From Candidatus Limnocylindrales bacterium (GTDB lineage: Bacteria; Chloroflexota; Limnocylindria; Limnocylindrales; CSP1-4), in contig DATCPH010000015.1 in NCBI GenBank assembly GCA_036570185.1, forward strand, positions 178 to 64,177: a stretch of 64,000 nucleotides of DNA, given 5' to 3'. How positions within the stretch are numbered: the stretch's first letter is position 1; every line of letters starts with the position of its first letter. The position numbers were made by a program, and so were the translations under genes. Under the pieces are notes generated by a model. It made no database searches, was not told where the DNA came from, and saw nothing but the letters and a program-made list of their open reading frames with translations. Of this stretch, positions 29,002-37,757 are shown in pieces.

Positions 29002-29501
29002 CGCCGGGATCAGCGAAATGGTGGGCCGCCAAGACGCGACGCTTCCGGACGCATCTGAACGCCCACATTGCAACGTCCGAACGCTCCGATCTCGACCTTT
29101 GGACGACGTCCGGCCAGCGGGCCCTCTTCGATTCGATGCACATTGCTGACCGCCGCCACGGACTTGACGTGGTCGCCGCGCTCAGATCCGAGGGTGTCAG
29201 CGATCCAGAGGTCCTCCTGGCCGGGCTGCTGCACGACGCGGCAAAGGACAGGACGGGCGTCTGGCCGCGCGTCGCCTTCTCTCTCGGCCAGGCCTACGGG
29301 CCATGGGTATGGCGCCTCGCCGGCCCTCTGCCTGGATTCGCGCTCGCACTGGAGCGGCTGAGGGGCCATTCGGCAGCCTCTGCGGAACTGGCGGCGGCCG
29401 CGGGATGCTCGCCTCGAACCGTCGAGCTGATTCGCTGGCAGGAGACGCCGCGCGATCCGGAGTACGGCGAGCTCCTGCGGTCGGCCGACCAGGCCAACTA
29501 A
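28998..29501 (+). CDS. HD-domain protein
   Basis: MHIADRRHGLDV...LLAGLLHDAAK (the H...HD metal motif). There is a 4-nt overlap with the M50 gene stop. Confidence 0.65.
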   Translation: MTPGSAKWWAAKTRRFRTHLNAHIATSERSDLDLWTTSGQRALFDSMHIADRRHGLDVVAALRSEGVSDPEVLLAGLLHDAAKDRTGVWPRVAFSLGQAYGPWVWRLAGPLPGFALALERLRGHSAASAELAAAAGCSPRTVELIRWQETPRDPEYGELLRSADQAN

Positions 29502-29506
29502 GGGCC

Positions 29507-30457
29507 ATGGCCGACCTCTTCGAATCCGTGCCGGCGCCCCGGGGCCAAGGCGGCGCTGCTCCGACGCCGGGTGCAATGCCAGCCGCGGGCACGGAGTCGC
29601 CCTCGATCGTCTTCGGGGAGGGCCACCGGCCGGAGGCGGCGATCCGGATCCGCTTCGAGGCCTTCGACGGACCCCTCGCCCTTCTCCTCAGCTTGATCGA
29701 GGGCCAGCAGCTCGACGTCCTGACGGTTCCACTCGGGGCCCTGGCCGACGCCTATCTCGACGCCCTCGCGACCCTCGATGGGGACCGGCTCGGCAACGTC
29801 AGCGCGTTCGTCGCCGTTGCCAGCCAGCTGATCCTGATCAAGAGCCGGGCTATGCTCCCCAGCCATCCGCGAGCGGCCGCCTTGGCGATTGACGTGGCTG
29901 AGGAGCCGGACCCCGAGGCCGAGCTCCGCGCGCGACTCCTCCTCTATCGCGCGTATCGGGACGGGGGCACGCGACTCGCGGCGCGCACGCTCGAGTGGGC
30001 CGGTCTGTTCCGCCGCGAGCCGGCGGTCGCGGCTGCCGCCGGGTTGGCCGGGGCGGATCCCGAGCAGGGCCCGCCTCTGGACCCAGCGGCCCTGGCGGCC
30101 GCCCTCGCAGGTGTCGCCCGGCTCGCACCACCGCAGGCTCCACCGCCGGAAATGATGGCCCGGACCGTGACCCTGGCCGAGCGTGCCGCAATCATTCGCC
30201 TGGCGCTGGAGGGGACCGATTCGATCGTCCTCCAGGACCTCCTTCGTGGCGTGCATGATCGGGTGGTGGTCGCGGTCACGTTCGTGGCGATGCTGGAGCT
30301 GGTGAAGCGGCGCGAGATCGTGGTGGAACAGGCCGTGCCGTTCGGGCCCATCGTTGCCCGCCGGCGGACGGCGCAGGAACAGGCGACCGCGCCACAAGGT
30401 TCCGGGCTCCCTGGCGACTCGGTGGCGCTCGACGAGGATCTGGAGTCGTTCCGATGA
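29507..30457 (+). CDS. scpA: Segregation and condensation protein A (kleisin)
   Basis: The ATG at 29507 (MADLFES...) lies just after the HD gene stop. FDGPLALLLSLIEGQQLDVLTVPLGALADAYL and the C-terminal winged-helix region (VVVAVTFVAMLELVKRREI) are ScpA-like. Overlaps the scpB start. Confidence 0.85.
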   Translation: MADLFESVPAPRGQGGAAPTPGAMPAAGTESPSIVFGEGHRPEAAIRIRFEAFDGPLALLLSLIEGQQLDVLTVPLGALADAYLDALATLDGDRLGNVSAFVAVASQLILIKSRAMLPSHPRAAALAIDVAEEPDPEAELRARLLLYRAYRDGGTRLAARTLEWAGLFRREPAVAAAAGLAGADPEQGPPLDPAALAAALAGVARLAPPQAPPPEMMARTVTLAERAAIIRLALEGTDSIVLQDLLRGVHDRVVVAVTFVAMLELVKRREIVVEQAVPFGPIVARRRTAQEQATAPQGSGLPGDSVALDEDLESFR

Positions 30458-31038
30458 CGGAGGCAACGCCCGAGGCTCCGTCGCCCGCGGACTTGACCGA
30501 ACAGACGCTGGAAGCCCTCCTGTTCGTGGCCGAGCGACCCCTTTCGCGTCGGGAGATCGCCACGCTGGCCGGCGTCGATCGTGAGACGGTCGACGCGCGC
30601 CTCGGCGACCTCGAGGTGAGCCTGCGAAGGCGAGGTATCCGCCTCGTCGTCGCGGGCGATCGCGTGGAGTTGGCGACGACGCCCGAGGCGGGCGGCTTGG
30701 TCGCCCGCTACGTCGGGGCCGACGCGACGCGCCTGTCGCCGTCGGCACTCGAAACCCTCGCGATCGTCGCCTACCGTCAGCCCGTCACGAAGGCCGCTGT
30801 CGAGCGAATCCGGGGCGTCGATTCCGAGTACACCCTTCGATCGCTTCTCCATCGCCGTCTCGTCGTTGAGCTCGGCCGGGCGGAGACTCCGGGACGGCCA
30901 TTCCTGTACGGGACCGGATTCGAGTTTCTCGAGCGGTTCAGCCTCACCAGCCTCGACGATCTGCCACCGCTCGACGGCGACGTGGCGGCGCGCCTGGCCG
31001 AGGAAGGCGCGGGCACGCTGCCGGCCGCGTCCGACTGA
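30454..31038 (+). CDS. scpB: Segregation and condensation protein B
   Basis: LEALLFVAERPLSRREIA, LATTPE, LSPSALETLAIVAYRQPVTKAAVERIRGVDS, GRPFLYGTGFEFLERF. Confidence 0.92.
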   Translation: MTEATPEAPSPADLTEQTLEALLFVAERPLSRREIATLAGVDRETVDARLGDLEVSLRRRGIRLVVAGDRVELATTPEAGGLVARYVGADATRLSPSALETLAIVAYRQPVTKAAVERIRGVDSEYTLRSLLHRRLVVELGRAETPGRPFLYGTGFEFLERFSLTSLDDLPPLDGDVAARLAEEGAGTLPAASD

Positions 31039-31844
31039 TGGCGCCGGAGCGGCTCCAGAAGGTGCTCGCCGCGGCAGGCGTGGCGTCGCGGCGGAAGAGT
31101 GAGGTCCTCATCGCCGCGGGCCGCGTGACCGTGGACGGCAAGGTTGCGGGCCTTGGAGCGACCGTCGAGCCGGGCAAGGCCACCATCGAGGTCGATGGCG
31201 TACCGATCGGCGGCGAGGCGGCCCATGTCTACCTGGCGCTTCACAAGCCCGCCGGGGTCACCTCGACGGTACGCGATCGTCACGCCGACCGTACCGTACT
31301 CGATCTCGTTCCAACGTCATTCATGCCGGACGGTGGCCGTCTCTATCCCGTCGGGCGCCTCGATCGGGACAGCGAAGGGCTCCTGTTCCTCACCAACGAT
31401 GGCGAATGGTCGCAGCAGGTGAGTCACCCTCGGCACGGCGTCGAACGCGAATACGCCGTCGGTTTGTCGCAGGCCATCGAACCGGCGCAGCTGGACCAGC
31501 TGGCCGACGGAGTCGCGCTCGAGGAAGGGCTCGCCACGCTCGCCACCCCGCTCAGGCCCGAGACGGCCGTCGAAACCCGCCGCCTGGCGGGCCTCATCGT
31601 TCCCCCGGCCGATCCTGGCATTCGTTGGTACCGGGCGACCATTCGGCAGGGCTGGAAACGGCAGCTTCGTCGGATGTTCGGTGCCGTCGGCCTTCCCGTC
31701 GTTCGACTGGTCCGGGTCCGGATCGGTCCGGTCCCCCTCGATGACCTGGCGTCAGGTCGGATTCGCCGGCTCAAGGCACCCGAAATCCGGATGCTCGCCG
31801 GCGGCCCCGCGCCCTCGATGGCGCGTCCGAGAAGGCGGCGCTGA
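31038..31844 (+). CDS. rluB: Pseudouridine synthase, RsuA/RluB family
   Basis: S4 domain RLQKVLAAAGVASRRKSEVLIAAGRVTVDG, catalytic GRLDRDSEGLLFLTNDG, and EREYAV. Conserved position after scpB. Confidence 0.9.
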   Translation: MAPERLQKVLAAAGVASRRKSEVLIAAGRVTVDGKVAGLGATVEPGKATIEVDGVPIGGEAAHVYLALHKPAGVTSTVRDRHADRTVLDLVPTSFMPDGGRLYPVGRLDRDSEGLLFLTNDGEWSQQVSHPRHGVEREYAVGLSQAIEPAQLDQLADGVALEEGLATLATPLRPETAVETRRLAGLIVPPADPGIRWYRATIRQGWKRQLRRMFGAVGLPVVRLVRVRIGPVPLDDLASGRIRRLKAPEIRMLAGGPAPSMARPRRRR

Positions 31845-31886
31845 GCCGGGAGTGGGTGCTGACAGCGGGACGTAGACTGGCGCTCG

Positions 31887-34800
31887 ATGGTCGAACCAAG
31901 GGCGCCTGAGCGAGTCGACGAACGCAAGCTCGTCACGATCCTCTTCGCCGACATGGTCGGCTCGACGGAGCTCGGGGAGCGCCTCGACCCCGAGCGCCTG
32001 CAGGTGCTCCTGGCCGGCTACTTCCGGGCGATGACGGCCGTCATCGAGAGCTGGGGCGGGACGGTCGAGAAGTACATCGGCGACGCGATCATGGCCGCCT
32101 TCGGCGTGCCCGCCGTCCACGAGGACGACCCGCAGCGGGCGATCGGGGCAGCCCTTGAGATGCTCGAGCGCCTGGGCAGCCTCAACCGGGAGTTCCGGGA
32201 GCGGCACGACGTCGAGCTGCAGATCCGGATCGGTGTCAACACCGGGGACGTGATCGCGCCGGTCGGCGAGGCGACCTCGCAGATGATCGTGGCCGGCGAC
32301 GCGGTCAATGTCGCCGCGCGTCTGGAGGGGGCAGCGGACCCGGGAACCATCCTCGTCGGTGATCGGACCTACACTGCGGCCGCCGATGCGTTCGGGTTCG
32401 AGGGCCCGCGGAGCCTGGAGCTGAAGGGCAAGGCTCGCCCGGTCGCTGCCTGGCGAGTCGTCGGCCGTTCCATCCGCGGCGAGCGATCGGACCGACCACA
32501 GGCGCCGATGATCGGCCGCGACCGCGAGATCCGCGGCGTCACCGAGGCGCTCGACGATGCGATCGAATCCGGGAGGCCGCGCCTCGTCCTGGTCTTCGGC
32601 CCGGCCGGGATCGGCAAGAGTCGCCTGACCCGCGAATTCCTGGAGACGGCGGGCGCCGCCCGGGCCGACCTCGTGGTGCTGCGCGGGCGGTGTCTGTCCG
32701 CCGGCCAGGGAATCACCTACTGGGCGCTGGGCGAGATCGTCCGTCACGCCTTCGGAATCTCGCTCGACGACCCGCCCGACCTTGCTCGCGAGCGGCTCGA
32801 GCGTGGCGTCCGGACCCTGCTCGAGCCAATGGAAGGTCCTGAGCGGGACGTCCGAGACACGATCTTCGCCCTCGCGATCTCGTCGGGGATCCGTATTCCG
32901 GACAACCCACTCGAGCAGATGCGGCCGATCGCGGTGGCCACCGAACTGGGGCGCGCCTGGCCGCGCTTCGCAGCGGCGCAGGCCCATCGGGGGCCCGTAG
33001 TCCTCCTCGTCGAGGACCTTCACTGGGCGGACGATCAGCTCCTGGCCATCCTGGAGGCCGTCTTCGGGCGCACGAACGGCCCGTTTCTGCTCCTTGTGAC
33101 CGCCCGGCCCGAGTTCGCCGAAACCCATCCCGCCTTTGCGGCGGGTCGCGAGGGGTTCACCTCCCTCTCGCTGAAGCCGCTGCTCGAGCGCGACGAGATC
33201 CAGCTCATGGCGAGTCTCCTCCGCACGGAGGCCGTACCGAAGGAGCTCCAGGAGGTGCTCCTGGACCGAGCCGAGGGAAACCCGTTCTTTCTCGAGCAGC
33301 TCGTCGGCGGCCTGATCGATTCCGGCGTCGTGACGCGCGAAGGCGATGGCTGGCGTCTGACCGGCAAGATCCGCGCGGTCACGCTGCCAGATACCGTCCA
33401 GGGTGTCCTCTCCGCCCGCATCGACCGCCTGCCCCCGCCCGAGAAGCGGGTGATGCAGGCCGCTGCGATTGTCGGCCGCACCTTCTGGGCGCCCGCCGTG
33501 GCGCTCTCGGTCGAGGAGGAGCTGGTCGTGCCCGCTCTGGCCGGACTTGAATCCAAAGGTCTTGTCCTTGCCAGGCCAGCCTCGAGCGTCGGGGGCGAGA
33601 CGGAATATGCGTTCAAGCACGCCCTCATCCATGACGTGGCCTACGGCAGCATTCCCCTGGCGCGACGCGCCCGCTCTCACGCCCTGGTCGGCGGGTGGCT
33701 CGAGAAGCTCGCCGGAGAAGGCGACGAGAGCCTGCTGGAGCTCGTTGCGTTCCATTACCGCGCTGCGCTCCGCGGAGAGGGCGCCGATCTCGCGTGGGCG
33801 GACGATCCGGTCGGGGCTGGCGACCTCCGCGAGCGCGCCTTCGAAGTCCTGATGGAGGCTGGCGCGGTCGCCCGCCGTCGCAACGCAATCGCGCGCGCAG
33901 TCGAGTTGCATGAGGCGGGTCTCGAGCTCGCATCGGACGAAAGCGAGCGAGCGCGCGCCCATGAAGAGTTGGGGGACGACCACGGCTGGGGATACCACGG
34001 CGATCCCAGCGTCGAGGCCTGGGACGCCGCGCTCCAGCTCCAACAGGCGCTCGGCGACGACGAAGCCATCGCCCGGATCTGCCTGAAGGCCGCCCGGACC
34101 TGCGCGGTCTATTGGGGCGGCTTTGCCGACCGGCCGTCAGGTGCGACCGTCGATCGCTACGTCGACCTCGGCCTTGCCCATGTACGTGACCAACGCGTCC
34201 GCGCCTGGCTGCTCATGCTGCGTGGGCGCGCGAGCGAAGCCTGGGCGGCGACGAGCCTTCCGGACCCCGTTGAGCCAGCGGTACGGATCGCGGCCGCCGA
34301 AGAGGCCGTCGACCTCGCCGCCGGCATAGAGGACATCGACCTCCAGGTCATGGCGCTGCGCTCCCTCGGTGGCCTCGTCCTGCTGGGCGGCGATACCGCG
34401 CGGAGCCTCGAGCTGGCAGAACAGGAGCTCGCGATCATCGATCGCGTCGCCGTTTCGCGCGACCGCCTTCTCTCGTTGAGCCAGGTGCTCGGACGGATCA
34501 TGGACATCGGCGGTGACCTGGAACGCGCGCTCGACCTGGCGCGCAAGGCGCTCCCCGATGCTCGAGAGCTCAGCGCGCACGAGCGCATGCACGCGACGTA
34601 CTTCGTGATGGCGCCCCTCTATCGCCTCGGGCGTCTGGAGGAGATCAGACCGTTCGCGGCCGAGCACCTGCGCGCCTTCGACGACGAGACCGTGGACATG
34701 AACTGCCCGTACACCCGAAGCGGGCCCGTGGTCGCCGCGCTGGCCTTCGATCTCCTTGGCGATTCGGAAGCGGCGCGCAACGCGAGTGAGCGGATCGCCC

Positions 34801-35210
34801 CGAACGATGAGAAGCCAGGCCTCGTCGAAGCGTGGATGGCCGAGCGCGCCGCACGAGCCGGCGATGCAGCGAGCGCGCGGGAGATCGTCGAGCGCCCCCT
34901 GATGACCGGGAGGACTCCGTCAATGGAGGAACCACCGTACGAGTTTCCGGTCCTCGTTGAGGCTCTTGCGGCGGCAGGCGACTGGCCGGCCCTCGAGGCG
35001 GCGTTGCCGAAGATGCGAGACGCGACAGGGCGTGTTGCCTGGCTGGCACCGGCCATCGAACGAGCCGAGGGCCTACGGCTGATGGCGCGCGGCGATCGGA
35101 CAGAGGCAGACGCTGCCCTGGCGCGAGCGCTCGACTCGTATCGTCGCCTGGGGATGGCTAACGAGGAAGCTGCGACGCGCGAGCTGCTTGGCGGCATGGA
35201 ACCGACTTGA
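31887..35210 (+). CDS. Class III adenylate/guanylate cyclase fused to a STAND-type P-loop NTPase and a helical-repeat (TPR-like) C-terminus (1107 aa)
   Basis: The cyclase domain shows metal Asp residues (ILFADMVGST, KYIGDAIMAAFG) and transition-state residues (GDAVNVAARLE). Walker A is LVLVFGPAGIGKSRL and Walker B-like is VVLLVEDLHWAD. About 550 aa of alpha-helical repeats follow. No C-terminal LuxR HTH is seen. Confidence 0.85.
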   Translation: MVEPRAPERVDERKLVTILFADMVGSTELGERLDPERLQVLLAGYFRAMTAVIESWGGTVEKYIGDAIMAAFGVPAVHEDDPQRAIGAALEMLERLGSLNREFRERHDVELQIRIGVNTGDVIAPVGEATSQMIVAGDAVNVAARLEGAADPGTILVGDRTYTAAADAFGFEGPRSLELKGKARPVAAWRVVGRSIRGERSDRPQAPMIGRDREIRGVTEALDDAIESGRPRLVLVFGPAGIGKSRLTREFLETAGAARADLVVLRGRCLSAGQGITYWALGEIVRHAFGISLDDPPDLARERLERGVRTLLEPMEGPERDVRDTIFALAISSGIRIPDNPLEQMRPIAVATELGRAWPRFAAAQAHRGPVVLLVEDLHWADDQLLAILEAVFGRTNGPFLLLVTARPEFAETHPAFAAGREGFTSLSLKPLLERDEIQLMASLLRTEAVPKELQEVLLDRAEGNPFFLEQLVGGLIDSGVVTREGDGWRLTGKIRAVTLPDTVQGVLSARIDRLPPPEKRVMQAAAIVGRTFWAPAVALSVEEELVVPALAGLESKGLVLARPASSVGGETEYAFKHALIHDVAYGSIPLARRARSHALVGGWLEKLAGEGDESLLELVAFHYRAALRGEGADLAWADDPVGAGDLRERAFEVLMEAGAVARRRNAIARAVELHEAGLELASDESERARAHEELGDDHGWGYHGDPSVEAWDAALQLQQALGDDEAIARICLKAARTCAVYWGGFADRPSGATVDRYVDLGLAHVRDQRVRAWLLMLRGRASEAWAATSLPDPVEPAVRIAAAEEAVDLAAGIEDIDLQVMALRSLGGLVLLGGDTARSLELAEQELAIIDRVAVSRDRLLSLSQVLGRIMDIGGDLERALDLARKALPDARELSAHERMHATYFVMAPLYRLGRLEEIRPFAAEHLRAFDDETVDMNCPYTRSGPVVAALAFDLLGDSEAARNASERIAPNDEKPGLVEAWMAERAARAGDAASAREIVERPLMTGRTPSMEEPPYEFPVLVEALAAAGDWPALEAALPKMRDATGRVAWLAPAIERAEGLRLMARGDRTEADAALARALDSYRRLGMANEEAATRELLGGMEPT

Positions 35211-35259
35211 GTCACGGAGCCATCAGACCGACGGCCAGCCCGCCGCTATCCTGAGCCGC

Positions 35260-36765
35260 GTGCCACCCAACGACGCGCGCCTGGTCGTCGCGATCGACGG
35301 CCCGGCGTCGTCAGGGAAGAGCAGCGTTGGCGCGGCGGCTGCTTTGGAGGTCGGCTACCGGTTCTGCGACACGGGCCTGCTCTATCGCGCGATCACGTGG
35401 CTTGCGGTGCGACGCGGAGTGGGGGAGGACGACGCGGCTGGCCTGGTGAGGCTGGTCGACGAGGTTGAGCTCGTCCCCGACGCCGCGGGCAGGCTCGCTC
35501 ATGTCAGCGTCGACGGCGTCGACGCCACCGCGGAGGTCCATGTTCCGGACGTGGATGCCCGGGTGTCGGACATATCCCGCGTGCCCGAGCTGCGCGCCGC
35601 GCTCCTGGCGCGCCAGCGAGACCTGGTCGGCGATGGCGCGATCGTGATGGCCGGCCGGGACATTGGAACCGTCGTGCTGCCCGACGCTGACCTCAAGATC
35701 TTCCTCGACGCATCGGCTGAGGAGCGCGCCCGCCGGCGGGCCATGGAGCGCGGCTTCGCGCCCGATGGCCCGGAGGCGGCCGAAATCCTGGCCGCGCTCC
35801 GGACGCGGGACGAGATCGACACAACCCGCGCAGTTGCGCCGCTGCGACCGGCGCCCGACGCTCATCACATCCGCACCGACGGCAACGGGTTCCAGCAGAC
35901 GGTCGATCTCGTCGTCGCGGAAATCCGGCAGGCGGAAGTGGAATCGCTCTCGGCACGGCGGCCCATCACGTCAGGCTCGGCGAACGCGGCGGGACCCGCC
36001 CGGCCATCGCCCCGGCCGCGCCGGATCATCCGAACCCCGATCGAGGGCAACGTGAACCTGTTCCTGCGTTTCGCGACCTTGGTCGGCCGGATCGTTGCGA
36101 GGGCCCTTACCCGCGTCCGGGTCGAGGGTGATTTCTCGAAGATCCCGCGAGAGGGTGCACTCCTGCTGGCGTCCAATCACGCCTCGAACGCCGACCCGAT
36201 CGTGCTGGGCGCGTTCCTGACGTCCAGGCTTGGCCGCCGCCAGAACTGGCTGGGCAAGCGCGAGCTCTTCGACTGGCCGATCGTCGGCTGGGGCGCCCAG
36301 AATCTCGGCATCCACCCGATCGACCGCAGCATCGCCGACGTCGAGGCGTTCCGGACGGCGATGCGAATCCTCGACGAGGGCCACGTCTTGACGGTCTTTC
36401 CCGAGGGTACGCGCAGCCCCGATGGCGCACTGCAGGAGGGCAAGGACGGCGCGGCGGTCCTGGCTCTCCGGACCGCCGCCCTGATCGTACCGGTCGGCAT
36501 CACCGGCAGCGATCGATTCTGGCCCAAGGGCCGCGCCCTGCCGCGGCCGGGCGGGAAGATCGTGATCCGGATCGGCGAGCCCTTCCGCGCGCATGATGGG
36601 ACGAAATCCACGGCCACGGGCGCGGCTCGGCGGGCCGAAAGCGCCAGGCTGACGGCCGACATCATGGGCCGGATTGCCGCGCTCCTGCCGCCCCGCCAGC
36701 GCGGCGTCTACGCGGACCCGGCGGATTGGGCCGACCGGGGTCACGCGTCCCCCGTGCGACAATGA
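35260..36765 (+). CDS. cmk: Fusion protein: cytidylate kinase (N-terminal) plus lysophospholipid/1-acyl-G3P acyltransferase (PlsC-like, C-terminal)
   Basis: GTG at 35260 (tentative). The Cmk part reads VVAIDGPASSGKSSVG, FCDTGLLYRA, GRDIGTVVLPDA, KIFLDASAEERARRR. After a Pro/Arg linker come a hydrophobic segment and the LPLAT motifs NHASNADP (HxxxxD) and FPEGTRSPDG. The reading frame is a single uninterrupted one. Confidence 0.85.
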   Translation: MPPNDARLVVAIDGPASSGKSSVGAAAALEVGYRFCDTGLLYRAITWLAVRRGVGEDDAAGLVRLVDEVELVPDAAGRLAHVSVDGVDATAEVHVPDVDARVSDISRVPELRAALLARQRDLVGDGAIVMAGRDIGTVVLPDADLKIFLDASAEERARRRAMERGFAPDGPEAAEILAALRTRDEIDTTRAVAPLRPAPDAHHIRTDGNGFQQTVDLVVAEIRQAEVESLSARRPITSGSANAAGPARPSPRPRRIIRTPIEGNVNLFLRFATLVGRIVARALTRVRVEGDFSKIPREGALLLASNHASNADPIVLGAFLTSRLGRRQNWLGKRELFDWPIVGWGAQNLGIHPIDRSIADVEAFRTAMRILDEGHVLTVFPEGTRSPDGALQEGKDGAAVLALRTAALIVPVGITGSDRFWPKGRALPRPGGKIVIRIGEPFRAHDGTKSTATGAARRAESARLTADIMGRIAALLPPRQRGVYADPADWADRGHASPVRQ

Positions 36766-36772
36766 TCGCGAG

Positions 36773-37756
36773 ATGGGAACGGTTACTGACGTTCGAATCG
36801 CGAAACGGACCGGCTTCTGCTATGGCGTCCGAGAGGCGATCGACAAGGCGAAGGAAGCTCGCGCCGACGGAAAAGCCACCCACACCCTCGGCCAGGTCGT
36901 CCACAACGAGGGCGTGATCAGCGACCTCGAACGGCTCGGCATCGAGACTGTGGAAACGCTCGACGACGTCGACTCGGGAGCGGCCGTCGTGATCCGAGCG
37001 CACGGTGTCCGCCCCGACGTGATGGAGCGCGCCAACGCCCGCGGGCTCGAAGTGATCGACGGCACCTGCACCTGGGTCATCCAGGAGCAGAAGGAGCTCG
37101 TCAAGCTGGTCGAGGAGGGCTACACGATCGTGCTCCTGGGCACGCCCAGGCATCCCGAGGTTGTCGGCCTCCTCGGTTTCGCCCCCGACGCGATCGTCGT
37201 CGATGAGGAAGAGGACTGGGATCGGATCCCGCGCCGCAAGAAGATGGCGCTGATCTCCCAGAGCACCCAGCCTCCCTGGAAGTTCGAGCAGCTGGCCGCC
37301 CACATGGTCGGCCTCTCCCACGAGCTCAAGATCGTGAACACCGTCTGCCCGGTGACGATCCGGCGGCAGGAGGACACCCTCGACGCGGCGCGCGAGGTCG
37401 AGGTCATGGTCGTCGTCGGTGGGCGGAGCTCGGCGAATACCAAGGAGCTGACTCGGCTGTGCGGGATCGCGGGTACGCCGGCGATCCAGATCGAGTCGGT
37501 CCGCGACCTGAGGGACGCCGCGCCGTTCAACGGTGCGTCCATCGTGGGCGTCACCGGCGGGACGTCCACGCCGATCGAGGATCTCCACGCGGTCGCCCGT
37601 CGCATCCTCGAGCTGGCGGGCACGCCCGAGGCGGCCAGCCGCGCAGCCGAGCTGGCGGAAGCGGCGCTCGGGCAGGCTGCCACGCCGGCCGGCCGGACGA
37701 CCTCGCTGCGGACCGCGCAACCGGGAATCGACGTCGCGCCGCATCACGCCGCCTGA
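36773..37756 (+). CDS. ispH: 4-hydroxy-3-methylbut-2-enyl diphosphate reductase
   Basis: [31 protein letters not shown] (three Fe-S Cys contexts), [10 protein letters not shown]. Confidence 0.92.
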   Translation: MGTVTDVRIAKRTGFCYGVREAIDKAKEARADGKATHTLGQVVHNEGVISDLERLGIETVETLDDVDSGAAVVIRAHGVRPDVMERANARGLEVIDGTCTWVIQEQKELVKLVEEGYTIVLLGTPRHPEVVGLLGFAPDAIVVDEEEDWDRIPRRKKMALISQSTQPPWKFEQLAAHMVGLSHELKIVNTVCPVTIRRQEDTLDAAREVEVMVVVGGRSSANTKELTRLCGIAGTPAIQIESVRDLRDAAPFNGASIVGVTGGTSTPIEDLHAVARRILELAGTPEAASRAAELAEAALGQAATPAGRTTSLRTAQPGIDVAPHHAA

Positions 37757-37757
37757 G

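Noticed and set aside
27533-29501. PH-SHOCT membrane protein / M50 protease / HD protein trio as a defence or stress module
   Set aside because: All three are common housekeeping-type families. There is no nuclease, NTPase or toxin-like partner, and no sign of horizontal insertion. The evidence is insufficient to propose a system.
31752-34043. 763-aa minus-strand ORF antisense to the cyclase-STAND gene
   Set aside because: The + strand frame contains intact cyclase and Walker motifs. The minus-frame product is low complexity.
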